A stretch of 64,000 nt of DNA, taken from a virus. The notes under the pieces were generated by a model. The model searched no databases, was not told the origin of the DNA, and saw nothing but the letters and a program-made list of their open reading frames with translations. The stretch's first letter is position 1; the number at the start of each line of letters is the position of its first letter. This document shows positions 56,001-64,000 of the stretch, one piece after another. The stretch spans positions 1-64,000 of IMG/VR virus record IMGVR_UViG_3300012936_003490; one strand, given 5' to 3'. Both the position numbers and the translations under genes were made by a program.

Positions 56001-59000
56001 AGCATTTGTGTTCAAATGTATTTTAAATTGTGTTTCACCTTTTTCAATTTTTTCAACAGTGTATACTGAATCAACGTGTTTGTATACGTTCCAATTTTTA
56101 TCTTCGTTACCTACCCATATATAACTATTTTTATCTATATCTGAAAAATTAAAATCTAATATATTATCATAATTAGTTACTATACCTCTAACGTCTTGTT
56201 GATTGACATAACCTGCATTTTTTGTGTAAGAGTCAAAGACATATTTGCCTGGAAAAGGTGAATGATCATAATCTTTTGATTTTTGATATACTTCAAATGG
56301 TCTAATTCTATATATTAAATCAGTTTCTTCACCAGTAATAGTATTAACAAGTTCGACAGGTTGTGGTGTTAATTTAAATTTAGATTCATCTAACTTAAAG
56401 ATGACATCGTCAAATCCTTCACTTGCACCGTACTGGCCATCCTTGATTGCCCATTCTTCGTAAAATTCTAAACTGTCTTTGTCGTCACTTGCAAGTGCAT
56501 CAAATAATTTAGTCAATGCATTTTTAGATCCTTTATCTTGGATCATACCTTGATAAAACTTATATTGACTTACATCGTCATTTACAATATTTTCTAAGTA
56601 TTGACGTTTTTGATATCCTATTAAATGTTGAGCCAGGCGCTGTTGTTCAACATCAAAGTTATCTGAATCTAAATCATAAAAGTCTGCAAATTGATTTGTT
56701 TTATATTCAAAATTAGCAAATAATCCACCTTCGGGTTTTCCTGAAAGTATATTCCAGTCCTTGGCATCAAATATTTCAGTACCTGGTATCTTTACAGGAG
56801 CACTGTAATAAAATTCTTTGTTTTTAACAACAGTGCCAATGTCATAATCAGTGTAAGATTCCCAATCTCTTACATCTGCATCATCATATATAAAACCAGG
56901 AATATTTAAACTTCCATCCCATTCGGTGGTTCTATATCCTAAAACTTTTATACGTTCTTGTCTATAACCAGGTTGTTGATCAAAAATTACATCATTAAAC
57001 ACAGTATTGTTGTCAATAATCACCACATGCTCTTTTTGAACCAAAGGTAAACTTATATAGTAAACGCCATCTGCTGTGTTTTTTGGACGTAAAACAAACT
57101 CATTAGAATCTCTACCTAAACCTGTAAACTCCTCATTTAATTTTTGTCCATCTGCTTTGTATAATCCATATCCATAAAAGCCGTCAAATATGTTGTCTAC
57201 CATAGTATATTCTGAATTAAATCTTATTTCTTGTGCAGAAGGACTTAAAGTAATGACGCTTCCTTCTGCCCATTTTTGTGTTGTCCAGAATAAAAATTCG
57301 TTGACTGCATGACGCCAATTAAGAACTGTTTTTTGCTGGCCTTCAAAATAATTAAATGTAAATCCTTGTGTTTCTAAATATGCACCATAACCTAATAAGA
57401 AATCAACAACATCCTGTATTTCAGTATACAATGTTCCGTATTCTATTTCATCAGTAAAAGCACTGTTAAATTGCTTTCTTATAAAAGCAGATCGTCCACC
57501 AATTAATGGTAACGCTGGTAACTTACTAAATTTAGAGTCATCAAAACTTTCAGTGCTTTGATGTTGTGTTTTAGTTCTATAGTAAGCACCTTGATACTGA
57601 ACATTTTGTCCAGCAATATAAGTTTTACCGCTGTCCCATTCTACATAAGGTTCACTCACTCCACCTATGTTAATACTCGGATCAGTCTGACTTGGTACTG
57701 CTCTCAAATATTTGAATGTTGTAGAACTAGGACTGTATCCTTTTACAACATATCCATCTGTACGTCTTTCTACAATTACACCACTATAGTCTATAGTTTT
57801 TACAGGTGAACTTGTGTTTAGAAAGATCTTATAATTTTCGTCTGGTACAAATACGTTTCCTTCGTTTAAAGGAGTTCTGCTGTCTAATATTAATTTAAAT
57901 TTTTCTTTGTCGGTATAACCAGCTAATTTAAATCCTAATTGATTATCTATTGTCCTTAAATTATTTTTATATTCATTATAATTTTTTGCAACGTCACTTG
58001 CCATATAAGAGGCTACGTAATTCACAAGACCGCTTGTAAAAGTTTGTGTATCTTCTTCAATTGTACTAGGAAAAACAATGTCATTTAATGTAATTCTTTT
58101 ACTGGTTGGCTTATATACAATGCTACCTGCACTATTTCTAATTTGATTGATTCTATCAAAACCAGTACTAAACATCAAAGAAGGTTTATTTATTGTAAAT
58201 GATTTAATTAACGAGAACGGATAATCAGAACTATTTCTCCAAGCACTTTCTACCGGAGCTCCGTCTCCAAATCTAAAACTAAAATCTATAGTATCTGGTT
58301 GAAAGTTTTTTACAATACCTGCATCTAATGGCGGTAATAGGTGACCTGCACTGTCAACTGGTATATAATTAAGCAGGCCAGGACGTTTATAATTATTAAG
58401 TATTTGATATTTTTTGTTTGGTTCTCTGACAATACCGTTTTGAATGTCAGTCCACATTAAAAGATTATCTCTTGTATAGGGTGCTGACCCGTATTGATCA
58501 TCCCACCATTTAGGTTTAATTGTAAATCCTAAAATTTCCCAAGGATGTGTATGAGGCCTATCTGTGTCAAATAGTCGTATGTAAATTTGACGCCAAAAGC
58601 CAGGCATATCATTATTACTATCAAAATTTGAATTATTATAGTTAAACGTAAATCTATTGGTTCTTTCAAAGAAATTATGTAATGTATAATCTTGATTTAT
58701 AAATTTTGTCCACTCAATAAATCCACTCAACATAGATCTGTTAATATCTTTGATGGCTAAACCTGTTGATCTAAATTCGCCAGGCATAAAATTATGTATA
58801 TCGAACATATTTTTATCATAATTTACTTTTATATTATTGTAGATTCTTTTTTCTAATTCTAAAAGCAAATCATCTCTATAATCACCAAACGCTACAAATC
58901 TACTTCCGTCATGCCCTTGTATTATATTTTGCGCTGTTATATATGTGTCATCTAAATAGGCTTGTGGTTCATATTTTGGATACAGACCTAATTTTGTAGG

Positions 59001-61964
59001 TGTAGGTGGAATATAACTTCCGTTAGTTGTTTCGTATTCATAAATATCAATCCTATCATCAACTGCTTTGCTTGCAGTAATCACAGCAAACCCATCTTCA
59101 TTAAAAGTATAATCTTTACCATACACCAATTGAACATCATTATTATAAACATAAATTGCTTTTTTGCTTGGTTGGGAAATATCAAACACTGCTGACAATG
59201 CAAAGAATTGTTCATCACTATCAATTACAATATGTTCTATCTTTTTAAATGCGCCTAATCCTGCCATATCACTAAAGTAGAATGCACCGGTTTTTTGTTT
59301 GTCAATGTTTATGCTTCTTAAAATTTCATCAACTCTATCTCTTACAGAACCTTGAAATTCTGTTTCTTCTGCTTTTTGTAAAAATACACGTTTGAAACGA
59401 TTGTATTCTTTTCTTGCATAGTCAATACTTTTTATTATGTTTGAATCTTTATCTGTAATATGGTACAAACTTAAATTTAAAGGCGCACTATGCTGAAGGA
59501 ATCTTCTACCTTTTTCAGACAACGAACTTATATCGCGTAAATTACTTACTCCTGGATATATGCCTTCAAAGTTGTCTAGATTTTCTACAATAGTTGCGAC
59601 ATGATCATTAACTTCGCCTAATGTAAATTCAAATAGATTTTCATTTTTTGGATTACGTTCAAGGTTAGTTGGTAGTTCATAATACCCATTTTCATTTTTT
59701 GTTTTTTGAGACTTTGTTTTTATAATAATCACATCGCCTAAAGTCAAGTCATTAACAAATGTTATGATTGCATTATTATTCACATCATTACTAATAGTAA
59801 AATCTTTATTTTCCATTTGTAACTTATTGTTAAGATACACTCTGGTCCATAAATCAACTAATAAGCCACTTTGGTCATATACATCTATTGCAAAATTTGT
59901 TTGAGTATTGTCAAAAACGTATTGTCTTATTACAGGTTGATCACTATATGTGTCAACTTTTTTCCACCCACTTACAACCTCATAATCACTTAGACTTGAA
60001 AACTTGTGCAAAAATCCTATATCTGTGTTAAGGCTAATTAATTCGTTTTCAATAGTGTATGTCATAGAACCTTGTTGGATATCATAAGTAAACACAATAT
60101 CACCTACGTTATTGATACTCCTATAACTTAATGGGAATCCTAATTCAGTATCATTTGTACCTTGACCCATTTTATAACTGAAAATTTTGTTTCCGGTAAA
60201 ATTAGTTGCTTCATATTTTATGCTATCTGAATAACTTGTTCCTGTATCATCAAAAATGTCAAATAACGGTTGTTGGTTTCTTTGTGTTTTTTCTTGTGTT
60301 AAACTCCAAGAACCATTTTGATAATAAAACATTTTGCCTTTGAATTCGTTACCATTCAAAACAAGTAATACTTCGTTTTCTTGAGGTATTCCATCTGTAA
60401 CTTCTTTGAGTGTTATTTGATTTTGTACACCTCCACCTCTTGCAAATTTTATAATATCAACTTCAAAAATCCTACCCTTTACAAGTATATCTTTATCGGC
60501 GGTAAAAAGTATACGCATGCCTTTAACAATATCAATACCATCAATATTATAACCTATGCTACCTTCAATTGTGCTAAAGACATCTGTTGTAAAATTATCA
60601 ACTAGATCTACATCTAATTTTGATTTTGTGCCAAAGTTGTGCAATTTAATATTAGGTTCGAACTCAATTATAGGACGCTTTGCTCTCTGTTCCTGATCAA
60701 GTTCTACAGGTTGATTATTTTGAACTGCACTTTGAGTGATTACATCTTTATGAAACCATCTATTATACCTTGACCACAAATTGCCGTCTTGTGATGCACG
60801 ATTGATCACAATGTAATCTTTTTCTTTTGGAAAACCAATTGCTTTTCCGTAAGGCAACCTGTCAAAGCCGTTAGCATCAAATTCTACTTCTACGTCATCA
60901 GTAAACTCGGTAGGTACATTAAGCTCTGTCTCAGCAATGAGTTTAATTTTATCTCCTACTCCTTCTACATAAAACGCACCTTCTGCATACTTTGCAGGTT
61001 CAACTTCTCCTGTAAAATAAATTTTCATACCGTTTGATAGTTCAACGCCATTGCTTGCTTTATAGTTTTTCTTTCCGATAATTTCTTTTTCAACATCTAT
61101 AAATGTTGCTTCTGTAATATCTTTTACAACAATTGTGCCGCTGGCTTGTAAATCGTTTGATGCAGTGTAATATAACACGTCTGGCGTATCTGTTCCAAGT
61201 TGGAGTGTGCTAACTCCTTTTTCTAAACCTTGTACATCAACTCCTTCTAGCACAATTATACTAGAACTATCTAAATCAAATCCTTCATCTAATGTTCTTT
61301 TTGTTTTAATAGTAAAAGGAAGATTAGGGGTGTCGATATCAAATCGATATGTTATACCTCTATAAAGTGTTATTGTCGGATTGTTAGTTAAACCGTCTGG
61401 TGAGAAAATATAAGTGTTATTGTCTACATTGTCGCCAATACGAACAGTATACGTGCTTTCAACTTCTATCGTATTTCCAGGTAAACCAAAACTTTGAGGT
61501 CCATTAGGCAACCAATAATATTCTCTAAAATTAGTGATTTTATCCCAATCAATATGCGGATCCCAGGCATAGTATTCTTGCTGGTTGAACACACTGTGAT
61601 CCATAATGCCTTTGTTAAAATAATCTAACTGATTTACATAATCATTATAGTCTTTATAAAAAGTTATATTTCCTAAATTATCTTTGACTATTGATGCAGG
61701 TTCTAATTGATAATTTTCTCTAGATGGTGATACATCGTTAACATAATTATCACTAGCCGAAAATGCTTTTGCAGACTTTCTTCCTATGTAACCGTTTAAT
61801 TTTTCTACTACTCCTGGTTGTATAAGTTGGTCAACAGTAGAGGATAAAAACTTTTTATTTGCCGGTGTTCTAAAATATTTAGGAAGATGATTTTCACTTT
61901 TTCTTTTAGAGCTTCCATCGCTATTTGGAAGTGGCTGTTCTGCTTGATCATTAGTGTAAGCCAT
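47019..61964 (-). CDS. giant (4981 aa) virion/baseplate protein with FG-GAP-like propeller, CBM5/12-like and DG-T/S-T repeats
   Basis: Uninterrupted 14.9-kb ORF; FGTSIS/FGKSVAISPDG/FGHDIAISDDG repeats, W.S...Y..G..V....YY modules, G.GY...P.I...G.GSG units and ADGST..F/Y repeats. Confidence 0.8.
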   Translation of the reverse strand: MAYTNDQAEQPLPNSDGSSKRKSENHLPKYFRTPANKKFLSSTVDQLIQPGVVEKLNGYIGRKSAKAFSASDNYVNDVSPSRENYQLEPASIVKDNLGNITFYKDYNDYVNQLDYFNKGIMDHSVFNQQEYYAWDPHIDWDKITNFREYYWLPNGPQSFGLPGNTIEVESTYTVRIGDNVDNNTYIFSPDGLTNNPTITLYRGITYRFDIDTPNLPFTIKTKRTLDEGFDLDSSSIIVLEGVDVQGLEKGVSTLQLGTDTPDVLYYTASNDLQASGTIVVKDITEATFIDVEKEIIGKKNYKASNGVELSNGMKIYFTGEVEPAKYAEGAFYVEGVGDKIKLIAETELNVPTEFTDDVEVEFDANGFDRLPYGKAIGFPKEKDYIVINRASQDGNLWSRYNRWFHKDVITQSAVQNNQPVELDQEQRAKRPIIEFEPNIKLHNFGTKSKLDVDLVDNFTTDVFSTIEGSIGYNIDGIDIVKGMRILFTADKDILVKGRIFEVDIIKFARGGGVQNQITLKEVTDGIPQENEVLLVLNGNEFKGKMFYYQNGSWSLTQEKTQRNQQPLFDIFDDTGTSYSDSIKYEATNFTGNKIFSYKMGQGTNDTELGFPLSYRSINNVGDIVFTYDIQQGSMTYTIENELISLNTDIGFLHKFSSLSDYEVVSGWKKVDTYSDQPVIRQYVFDNTQTNFAIDVYDQSGLLVDLWTRVYLNNKLQMENKDFTISNDVNNNAIITFVNDLTLGDVIIIKTKSQKTKNENGYYELPTNLERNPKNENLFEFTLGEVNDHVATIVENLDNFEGIYPGVSNLRDISSLSEKGRRFLQHSAPLNLSLYHITDKDSNIIKSIDYARKEYNRFKRVFLQKAEETEFQGSVRDRVDEILRSINIDKQKTGAFYFSDMAGLGAFKKIEHIVIDSDEQFFALSAVFDISQPSKKAIYVYNNDVQLVYGKDYTFNEDGFAVITASKAVDDRIDIYEYETTNGSYIPPTPTKLGLYPKYEPQAYLDDTYITAQNIIQGHDGSRFVAFGDYRDDLLLELEKRIYNNIKVNYDKNMFDIHNFMPGEFRSTGLAIKDINRSMLSGFIEWTKFINQDYTLHNFFERTNRFTFNYNNSNFDSNNDMPGFWRQIYIRLFDTDRPHTHPWEILGFTIKPKWWDDQYGSAPYTRDNLLMWTDIQNGIVREPNKKYQILNNYKRPGLLNYIPVDSAGHLLPPLDAGIVKNFQPDTIDFSFRFGDGAPVESAWRNSSDYPFSLIKSFTINKPSLMFSTGFDRINQIRNSAGSIVYKPTSKRITLNDIVFPSTIEEDTQTFTSGLVNYVASYMASDVAKNYNEYKNNLRTIDNQLGFKLAGYTDKEKFKLILDSRTPLNEGNVFVPDENYKIFLNTSSPVKTIDYSGVIVERRTDGYVVKGYSPSSTTFKYLRAVPSQTDPSINIGGVSEPYVEWDSGKTYIAGQNVQYQGAYYRTKTQHQSTESFDDSKFSKLPALPLIGGRSAFIRKQFNSAFTDEIEYGTLYTEIQDVVDFLLGYGAYLETQGFTFNYFEGQQKTVLNWRHAVNEFLFWTTQKWAEGSVITLSPSAQEIRFNSEYTMVDNIFDGFYGYGLYKADGQKLNEEFTGLGRDSNEFVLRPKNTADGVYYISLPLVQKEHVVIIDNNTVFNDVIFDQQPGYRQERIKVLGYRTTEWDGSLNIPGFIYDDADVRDWESYTDYDIGTVVKNKEFYYSAPVKIPGTEIFDAKDWNILSGKPEGGLFANFEYKTNQFADFYDLDSDNFDVEQQRLAQHLIGYQKRQYLENIVNDDVSQYKFYQGMIQDKGSKNALTKLFDALASDDKDSLEFYEEWAIKDGQYGASEGFDDVIFKLDESKFKLTPQPVELVNTITGEETDLIYRIRPFEVYQKSKDYDHSPFPGKYVFDSYTKNAGYVNQQDVRGIVTNYDNILDFNFSDIDKNSYIWVGNEDKNWNVYKHVDSVYTVEKIEKGETQFKIHLNTNANTLSKGQIIGMHSVYDVIEGFEDSTVEGVVTNKYPFSDFYKILDISRNILTLATSAPIEDDIEKCLGSLTEFLQVRALNVDEANSIAQNNLVGEDLIWIDELNDNKEWGVLKNKNNFSEQMRIANLESGTEINFGTSISSDDRNTTLMIGAPDQGDGKVYVYFRPTNRLSYTLSQVLEPSGWGDAGEKFGKSVAISPDGAYAVIGSPNASNVKTKYAGAFVDTVNYSKSSIVQKDGQLWRAVVDISGAVDNIQFSSFNSVTQTIFELGLENATTGTYNIPVVLVGNYSIDTVSNQYAFNGVATDHILIRAPKVQYEGSGINDQIKIAWNTKTYANQDLNALEARAPFGGDHTPITDAFLTLEHTIQKKVDVVLFLPEIVNTPNVGDQLSTGTATGTVDYVGSSGAKAVLYMSNVNGSFNTTDSIFRSDGDFIGSFIKQAPIDTVDTNDVWGGFWYIDTPSYTPTDLTQNLDKGLGIVYYDVISDSTPTGRYYFNSLDTATTDISSLNVQNSIIRTLTYRGLPGAGGSNDTFSSNLYVMRAPKTLSDTLSPGDTVSVYVNQLPQYTTGNFLDLTTIGLTTAVTNTSRQVYDLWDGYINFQFTAFDVNGEPFEPRVGDTVRDVNTGATASVIFYQRNSLDATIFVKNLVGDFSVGNVYGQNAQIEFIGTPSDPDVTYQVDRVMGDIQSVSLGYAPGDIGKLLVFEAPANISLSAEEELIDIEYWMYQEGNVLGIPRTANIPSSSNNEWEGVYKIPTDVTGTPSGLTNEGLYNIYSRSAPGRYDPIGSYTVPEKQSNFLLGNDVNFTKNNNLYRLFVHAKGTQTQSNPGRIYFIKNGEENGITYTWEYAKNKKFKGSFDETITYLTGDIVYRENPAAVGTGVLYTAKTNLAPGIFDFNDWTSTDDLIDYVGYIPNDSGTSVVNDSTDGSTVLDQQLLSAFGEQFDKNKNGEVLIASAIYDNTKPNQIVVYRLNNGFYERSQEIQAPDSTSGFGHDIAISDDGMYIAISAPFNDDYKQDQGKVFIYSQVAGVFTLLQELRSPNDERAEKFGWRLQYSDNKLHITSRNADSIQKTTFDGTEAGNTIPQTVFDGSFTEFVEYQNDTGVIYVYEKTAQGMLYAQTIQIPDSDVNTFGRNIYANNNHLYVGLPNKIISGKEGQLIDFSMLENTDMWITHRKSNETVNIEKIKKVFLYDTENNELLTYLDYIDPIQGKVAGPAEQELTYKTYYDPAVYTASRDSRATRDTSASWGPERVGEVWWNLTNAKFYNPYQGTIEYATNNWNRVFQGNTIDIYEWVESDVVPSEWDAQADTEAGFNKGYSGQSLYGDNAYSTRKVYDEVAKTFKTNYYFWVTEKTIAPDLEFRNISIKEVREYIEDPFIKGHKFISFISPEKFVINNCDNLIKGTDVALNVQFWTIENQQQNIHNQYQIVSEGLETSQPNPDIVKKWFDSLIGYDAQGRIVPDPTLSEKEKYGTLYRPRQGWFKNKNEALKQFIERVNLVLKDNIIVDDKNISELNRKQPIPTTTSGLYDVEIATLSDIETIGTNLLQKPILQPIIENGKIIRVEVINQGYGYRYAPKITVSGTGSGAELQAVIDSQGKIIEVEILESGSNYSDSSIATARNFAVLVTNDETLQGKWSLYERLIEDKKWNRLQSQAFNTTLYWDYIDWYAKGYNESTDIDYLIDFSYELTALDNPIGSVVKIANIGTGGWLLIEKEFDFDTEDYSINYKTIGRQNGTVKFKNNLYDVTAGFTGYDSISFDTKIFDSEPTTELRIILEAIRDDLFVDELLVEFNKAFFAGIRYVFAEQTYVDWAFKTSFIKAKHNVGQLREDITFNNDNLPSYEAYVKEVKPFSTKIREYLSAYEGLDPTQTVTTDFDLPASYNEIAGKIIPQDVKVIQDTLVGTNTDLETYPNKNWLDNSTYNVVKVTPVDQGAGYTNPPQITLEGGGGSGTVLKSYIGTKGNVTGVDVLAPGSGYYSVPRVVVNGNILDGGRPATFSVQIGNSPVRGIKTTVKFDRTSGTYVYTNIDKTETFTASGSEFQFDLKWPIDLDITNVIVTKNNIELLSNEYTYENILDKDATYERYFGRIEFVEKPNKEETIVITYKISAELFHAPDRIEKLYNPQKGQLGKSLGQLMTGIDYGGVEVKSFGFEQSQGWDTDNYFESTWDTYDNTFEDEIFEFDGSTVEIQLNKPLEQGVEYHVYKNNVRLDDPNYDGSTVTTNPNAIMTSLIGDGITQTMFLDDFKVQTYDPLGNNTGAVIQVGDGDVLIIRKSTSDGTFLPNEQTYDSILQGGNLNYSTATGIASGDITIDGDGFVTPTTSAGPEEQIPGQVLDTVDIKVYEKPRGGASNIVSCVYETDGTTTNFAIGTTPIANINVFVKIDNIIVTNYTVDYSTNEIVFSTAPTANKILNIVTLDVSGAEILDIDTIIADGSTARFVTNVRYKDELQNIVSLNGNTIDNSFEESTIDKDGIAGNVVIRFAQPPVVGDVIRFAIFDADEDIKNYSEVNIQNIIADGSTTIYSLTQTPGTQQPGSYKTIVKAGNQILNAGYSLRISAIETKIEYEMETWQFPPGTLSAKKMQVYLNGNRLTSDQYSLTVGSKTLLRLRTDVDQKDGDNLDIFVMDTGEYRFGYFDPNNNDFIETPSQIHFDTTFAENTDIKIYQFTNHDYQDIQRIEYDVIDRITLTPGTDAYQKYLHLQNGLIKLNKPAVDAQYVWVTINGELLTPSVNYYVTDNKLYVKIESEINQNDVVQVIHFAAPLTRNRYGWSQFKDMMNKTAYKRISDEDNVTLAVDLHQYDQSITVINGDNLPAPEAGARIPAVIFIDKERIEYFVRNGNVISQFRRGTLGTGVADVYAKGTKVFDSGPDSVMPYKDETLTTILTADGTSTQYPLDFTPNNVNEFEVFVAGKRLRKNSISSYVFGGDPIAQDSPEGDETLAPEFTINGNDLVLSTPPILNTKIIVVRRQGKLWTDPGISLGDSDSNIAKFLRAATVDLPR

Positions 61965-64000
61965 TAGTAACTATATCCTCCGCCGCCTGATGAGCCGCCG
62001 CCTCCTGATGAGCCACCGCCTCCATTACTTGAACTAGATGAACTTGAAGTGCTTGAAGTTGAATTGTAAGTAGTAGTTGTGGCAGAACTTGTTGTTGTAG
62101 TGCTAGAACTACTTGTGCTTGTAATGCCAGTGTTAGTGCTTGCTACTGTAGTAGTGATTGCACCGTCTGCTTTTAGTCGTGACGCTGTAATATTATCAAT
62201 TATAGATATGTCTGCTACTGTAGCTCCAGATATAAAAATTTCGTCTGATTCGGATTTTACTTCAAACAAACTACCAAATGCTTGGTTTTGTTGTTTCGGT
62301 ACAACAACAAATGTAACAATGTTAGGTGCTAATTTTTGCATCACAAATGCACTTAACTCTGAGAAGTAAAATGTTTCACCAAATTCCCAATTATCTAAAG
62401 CAAAAAATTCATTCACTGCTGATATGACTTTTGATTTTACATCATTATCATTTATGACAATGTCCGGGTTTTTCACAATTTTAAAATTAGCTTGCAACTC
62501 TGCCTCTGCTTTATCACCAAATAATATTTTATACTTAACTGGATGATAAATTATTTCATCACTAAGCGATTTAATATTGTTTAAAGCTGTACCATAATTT
62601 AAAAATAATTGATCACTACTAGGAGATAACGGCTTAGTTGAGGTTGTGCCTTCAAGGTATTGTCTAAACGAATTATCATACGCCCTAGTCAACATGTAAG
62701 TGTCGATTACATTGCTTACACTTGGATCAATGCGTGTGCTTTCATCTGCCGCATGAACATAATGGAACTTAATTTTATCCCTACCAACTCTTGCTCTATA
62801 AATGTTACTAATATTTGTAGATCCAGTTGCTTTATCTAAGACTTCAAAAACATCTTCATCTGCAAAATAAAATATTTGTCCATCATCATAAGCAGATAAC
62901 GCACCTAGCACACTTTTATTTTGAAAAGTTAAAATATTTAGGATACTGTTAGGCTTATAATACCATTCTTCGACACCATCTATACTAGTTATTTTTTCAG
63001 AAAATACAAATTTTTGTAATGGGTTATTTGTTTCGTTTACAATTTCATTAAACAATTCAGGATCATCAACTACACCGTCATCGTCTTCATCAAAGAAACT
63101 AACTTGAACTTTTTTGCTATTAACATATCCTTCAGTATCTCTAAAATCTTCTGTGATTTCCCAATCATAATCAACTGTAAATGGAGAAGTATTATTTGTT
63201 GGATCTTTTACATTAATGCTTAAAACACTTATCTTGTCTTTAATAATTTTTCCTGTTCTATTATTATATACTTTGTCACTATTGTCAAAATAGAATCTTA
63301 CTTCTTGGTCGCTTTCAAATAGATATCTACCACCTCTATAAGTAATATTGTAAGTTTCTCCGTCTGTATTGAAAATTAAAAGCCAACTACTATCTAATTG
63401 TTGATTAGTATTGTCTCCTGTTTTACCAATACTAAATTCACTTGCACTATCAAGGTTTGTTGATGTAACGATTCGCCATTCGCCTATATTGACATCGAAA
63501 CGTAATCCAAAGGTCCTAAATGCAAATATTTGTTCTATCAATTGTGTTGATACTGCACTTTGTAATAATCCAGCTATTCTCGGAATAACTTGTGCTAATT
63601 TGCTTCCTGCAGGAATAATGTCATTTATAGATACAGGGCCATCGCCTGTATCTGCATTTACAACTGTACCATCACCTGTAACACTTATTACTTTTACCCA
63701 CTTGTATTCAACACTATTAGGATGATCAGCTGGGCCGTCCATAAGTCCATGTTCATTATTTTTCATGAAATGCTTACCTGTAGGAGGTATAAATTTAAGC
63801 AAGGTTCCTGGTTTGATAAGTTTCAATGTGCTTGCTGTAAATGTTCCTAATTGCGCTCTTACTCCTGAAGTATTTGTAAAGTATCCAGTATTTAAATTTG
63901 TATCTTTGGTACTACTATTCCATGTCAAGTTTAAATCGCCAACTAATGTTTTTGGAAATTTAGTAAGATAATAATTTTTTAGTTTTCTATCTTGTAATAT
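61964..64000 (-). CDS. baseplate wedge-like structural protein, C-terminal part (5' end beyond the window)
   Basis: Frame is open through base 64000; C-terminal FFALDNWEFGETFYFSEL region followed by a Ser/Thr/Gly tail. Confidence 0.65.
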   Translation of the reverse strand: MLQDRKLKNYYLTKFPKTLVGDLNLTWNSSTKDTNLNTGYFTNTSGVRAQLGTFTASTLKLIKPGTLLKFIPPTGKHFMKNNEHGLMDGPADHPNSVEYKWVKVISVTGDGTVVNADTGDGPVSINDIIPAGSKLAQVIPRIAGLLQSAVSTQLIEQIFAFRTFGLRFDVNIGEWRIVTSTNLDSASEFSIGKTGDNTNQQLDSSWLLIFNTDGETYNITYRGGRYLFESDQEVRFYFDNSDKVYNNRTGKIIKDKISVLSINVKDPTNNTSPFTVDYDWEITEDFRDTEGYVNSKKVQVSFFDEDDDGVVDDPELFNEIVNETNNPLQKFVFSEKITSIDGVEEWYYKPNSILNILTFQNKSVLGALSAYDDGQIFYFADEDVFEVLDKATGSTNISNIYRARVGRDKIKFHYVHAADESTRIDPSVSNVIDTYMLTRAYDNSFRQYLEGTTSTKPLSPSSDQLFLNYGTALNNIKSLSDEIIYHPVKYKILFGDKAEAELQANFKIVKNPDIVINDNDVKSKVISAVNEFFALDNWEFGETFYFSELSAFVMQKLAPNIVTFVVVPKQQNQAFGSLFEVKSESDEIFISGATVADISIIDNITASRLKADGAITTTVASTNTGITSTSSSSTTTTSSATTTTYNSTSSTSSSSSSSNGGGGSSGGGGSSGGGGYSY
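61976..62160 (-). repeat. low-complexity Ser/Thr/Gly-coding tract with (GGGGSS)n units
   Basis: Encodes TTTVASTNTGITSTSSSSTTTT...SSSNGGGGSSGGGGSSGGGGYSY; + strand shows repeated ccgccgcc(tcc)tgatgag. Confidence 0.8.

Noticed and set aside
1-64000. Stop-codon reassignment, tRNA, CRISPR, intron/intein or diversity-generating retroelement
   Set aside because: Genes are intact and tightly packed under the standard code. No repeat-spacer array, cloverleaf, splicing motif, reverse transcriptase or TR/VR pair was seen by eye. The Mtd_N-like domain at 2841 alone does not imply a DGR.

Overview
This is an AT-rich segment of a large T4-like (myovirus-type) bacteriophage genome. No rRNA, tRNA, CRISPR array or mobile element was recognised. 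Right end (39.8-64 kb, minus strand): virion baseplate and tail-fibre genes, including a 4981-aa giant protein, several preceded by T4-type late-promoter motifs (TAAATA/TATAAATA). Left end (1-4.1 kb, plus strand): a DUF2201/VWA metallopeptidase-like gene, small hypotheticals and a tail-fibre-like gene. Between them is a ~35.6-kb chemical-modification island with 13 radical-SAM enzymes in three subfamilies, 7 Fe(II)/2OG-type oxygenases, 3 glycosyltransferase genes (one a GT-GT-methyltransferase fusion) and 3 SGNH-like proteins. The island also has a TctA/TctC transporter pair, an (R)-amine-transaminase-like enzyme, a minimal adenylate-forming enzyme, GNAT, SDR, a methyltransferase and sulfotransferase-like proteins. 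It starts at a perfect sigma70 promoter. The most unusual signal, only partly visible in the ORF track, is three small predicted membrane proteins (96, 40 and 39 aa) overprinted in the +1 frame inside two radical-SAM genes and the large glycosyltransferase. Each has its own Shine-Dalgarno site and coincides with a local shift in host-gene synonymous codon use. Product calls come from motif recognition by eye; no database searches were run.
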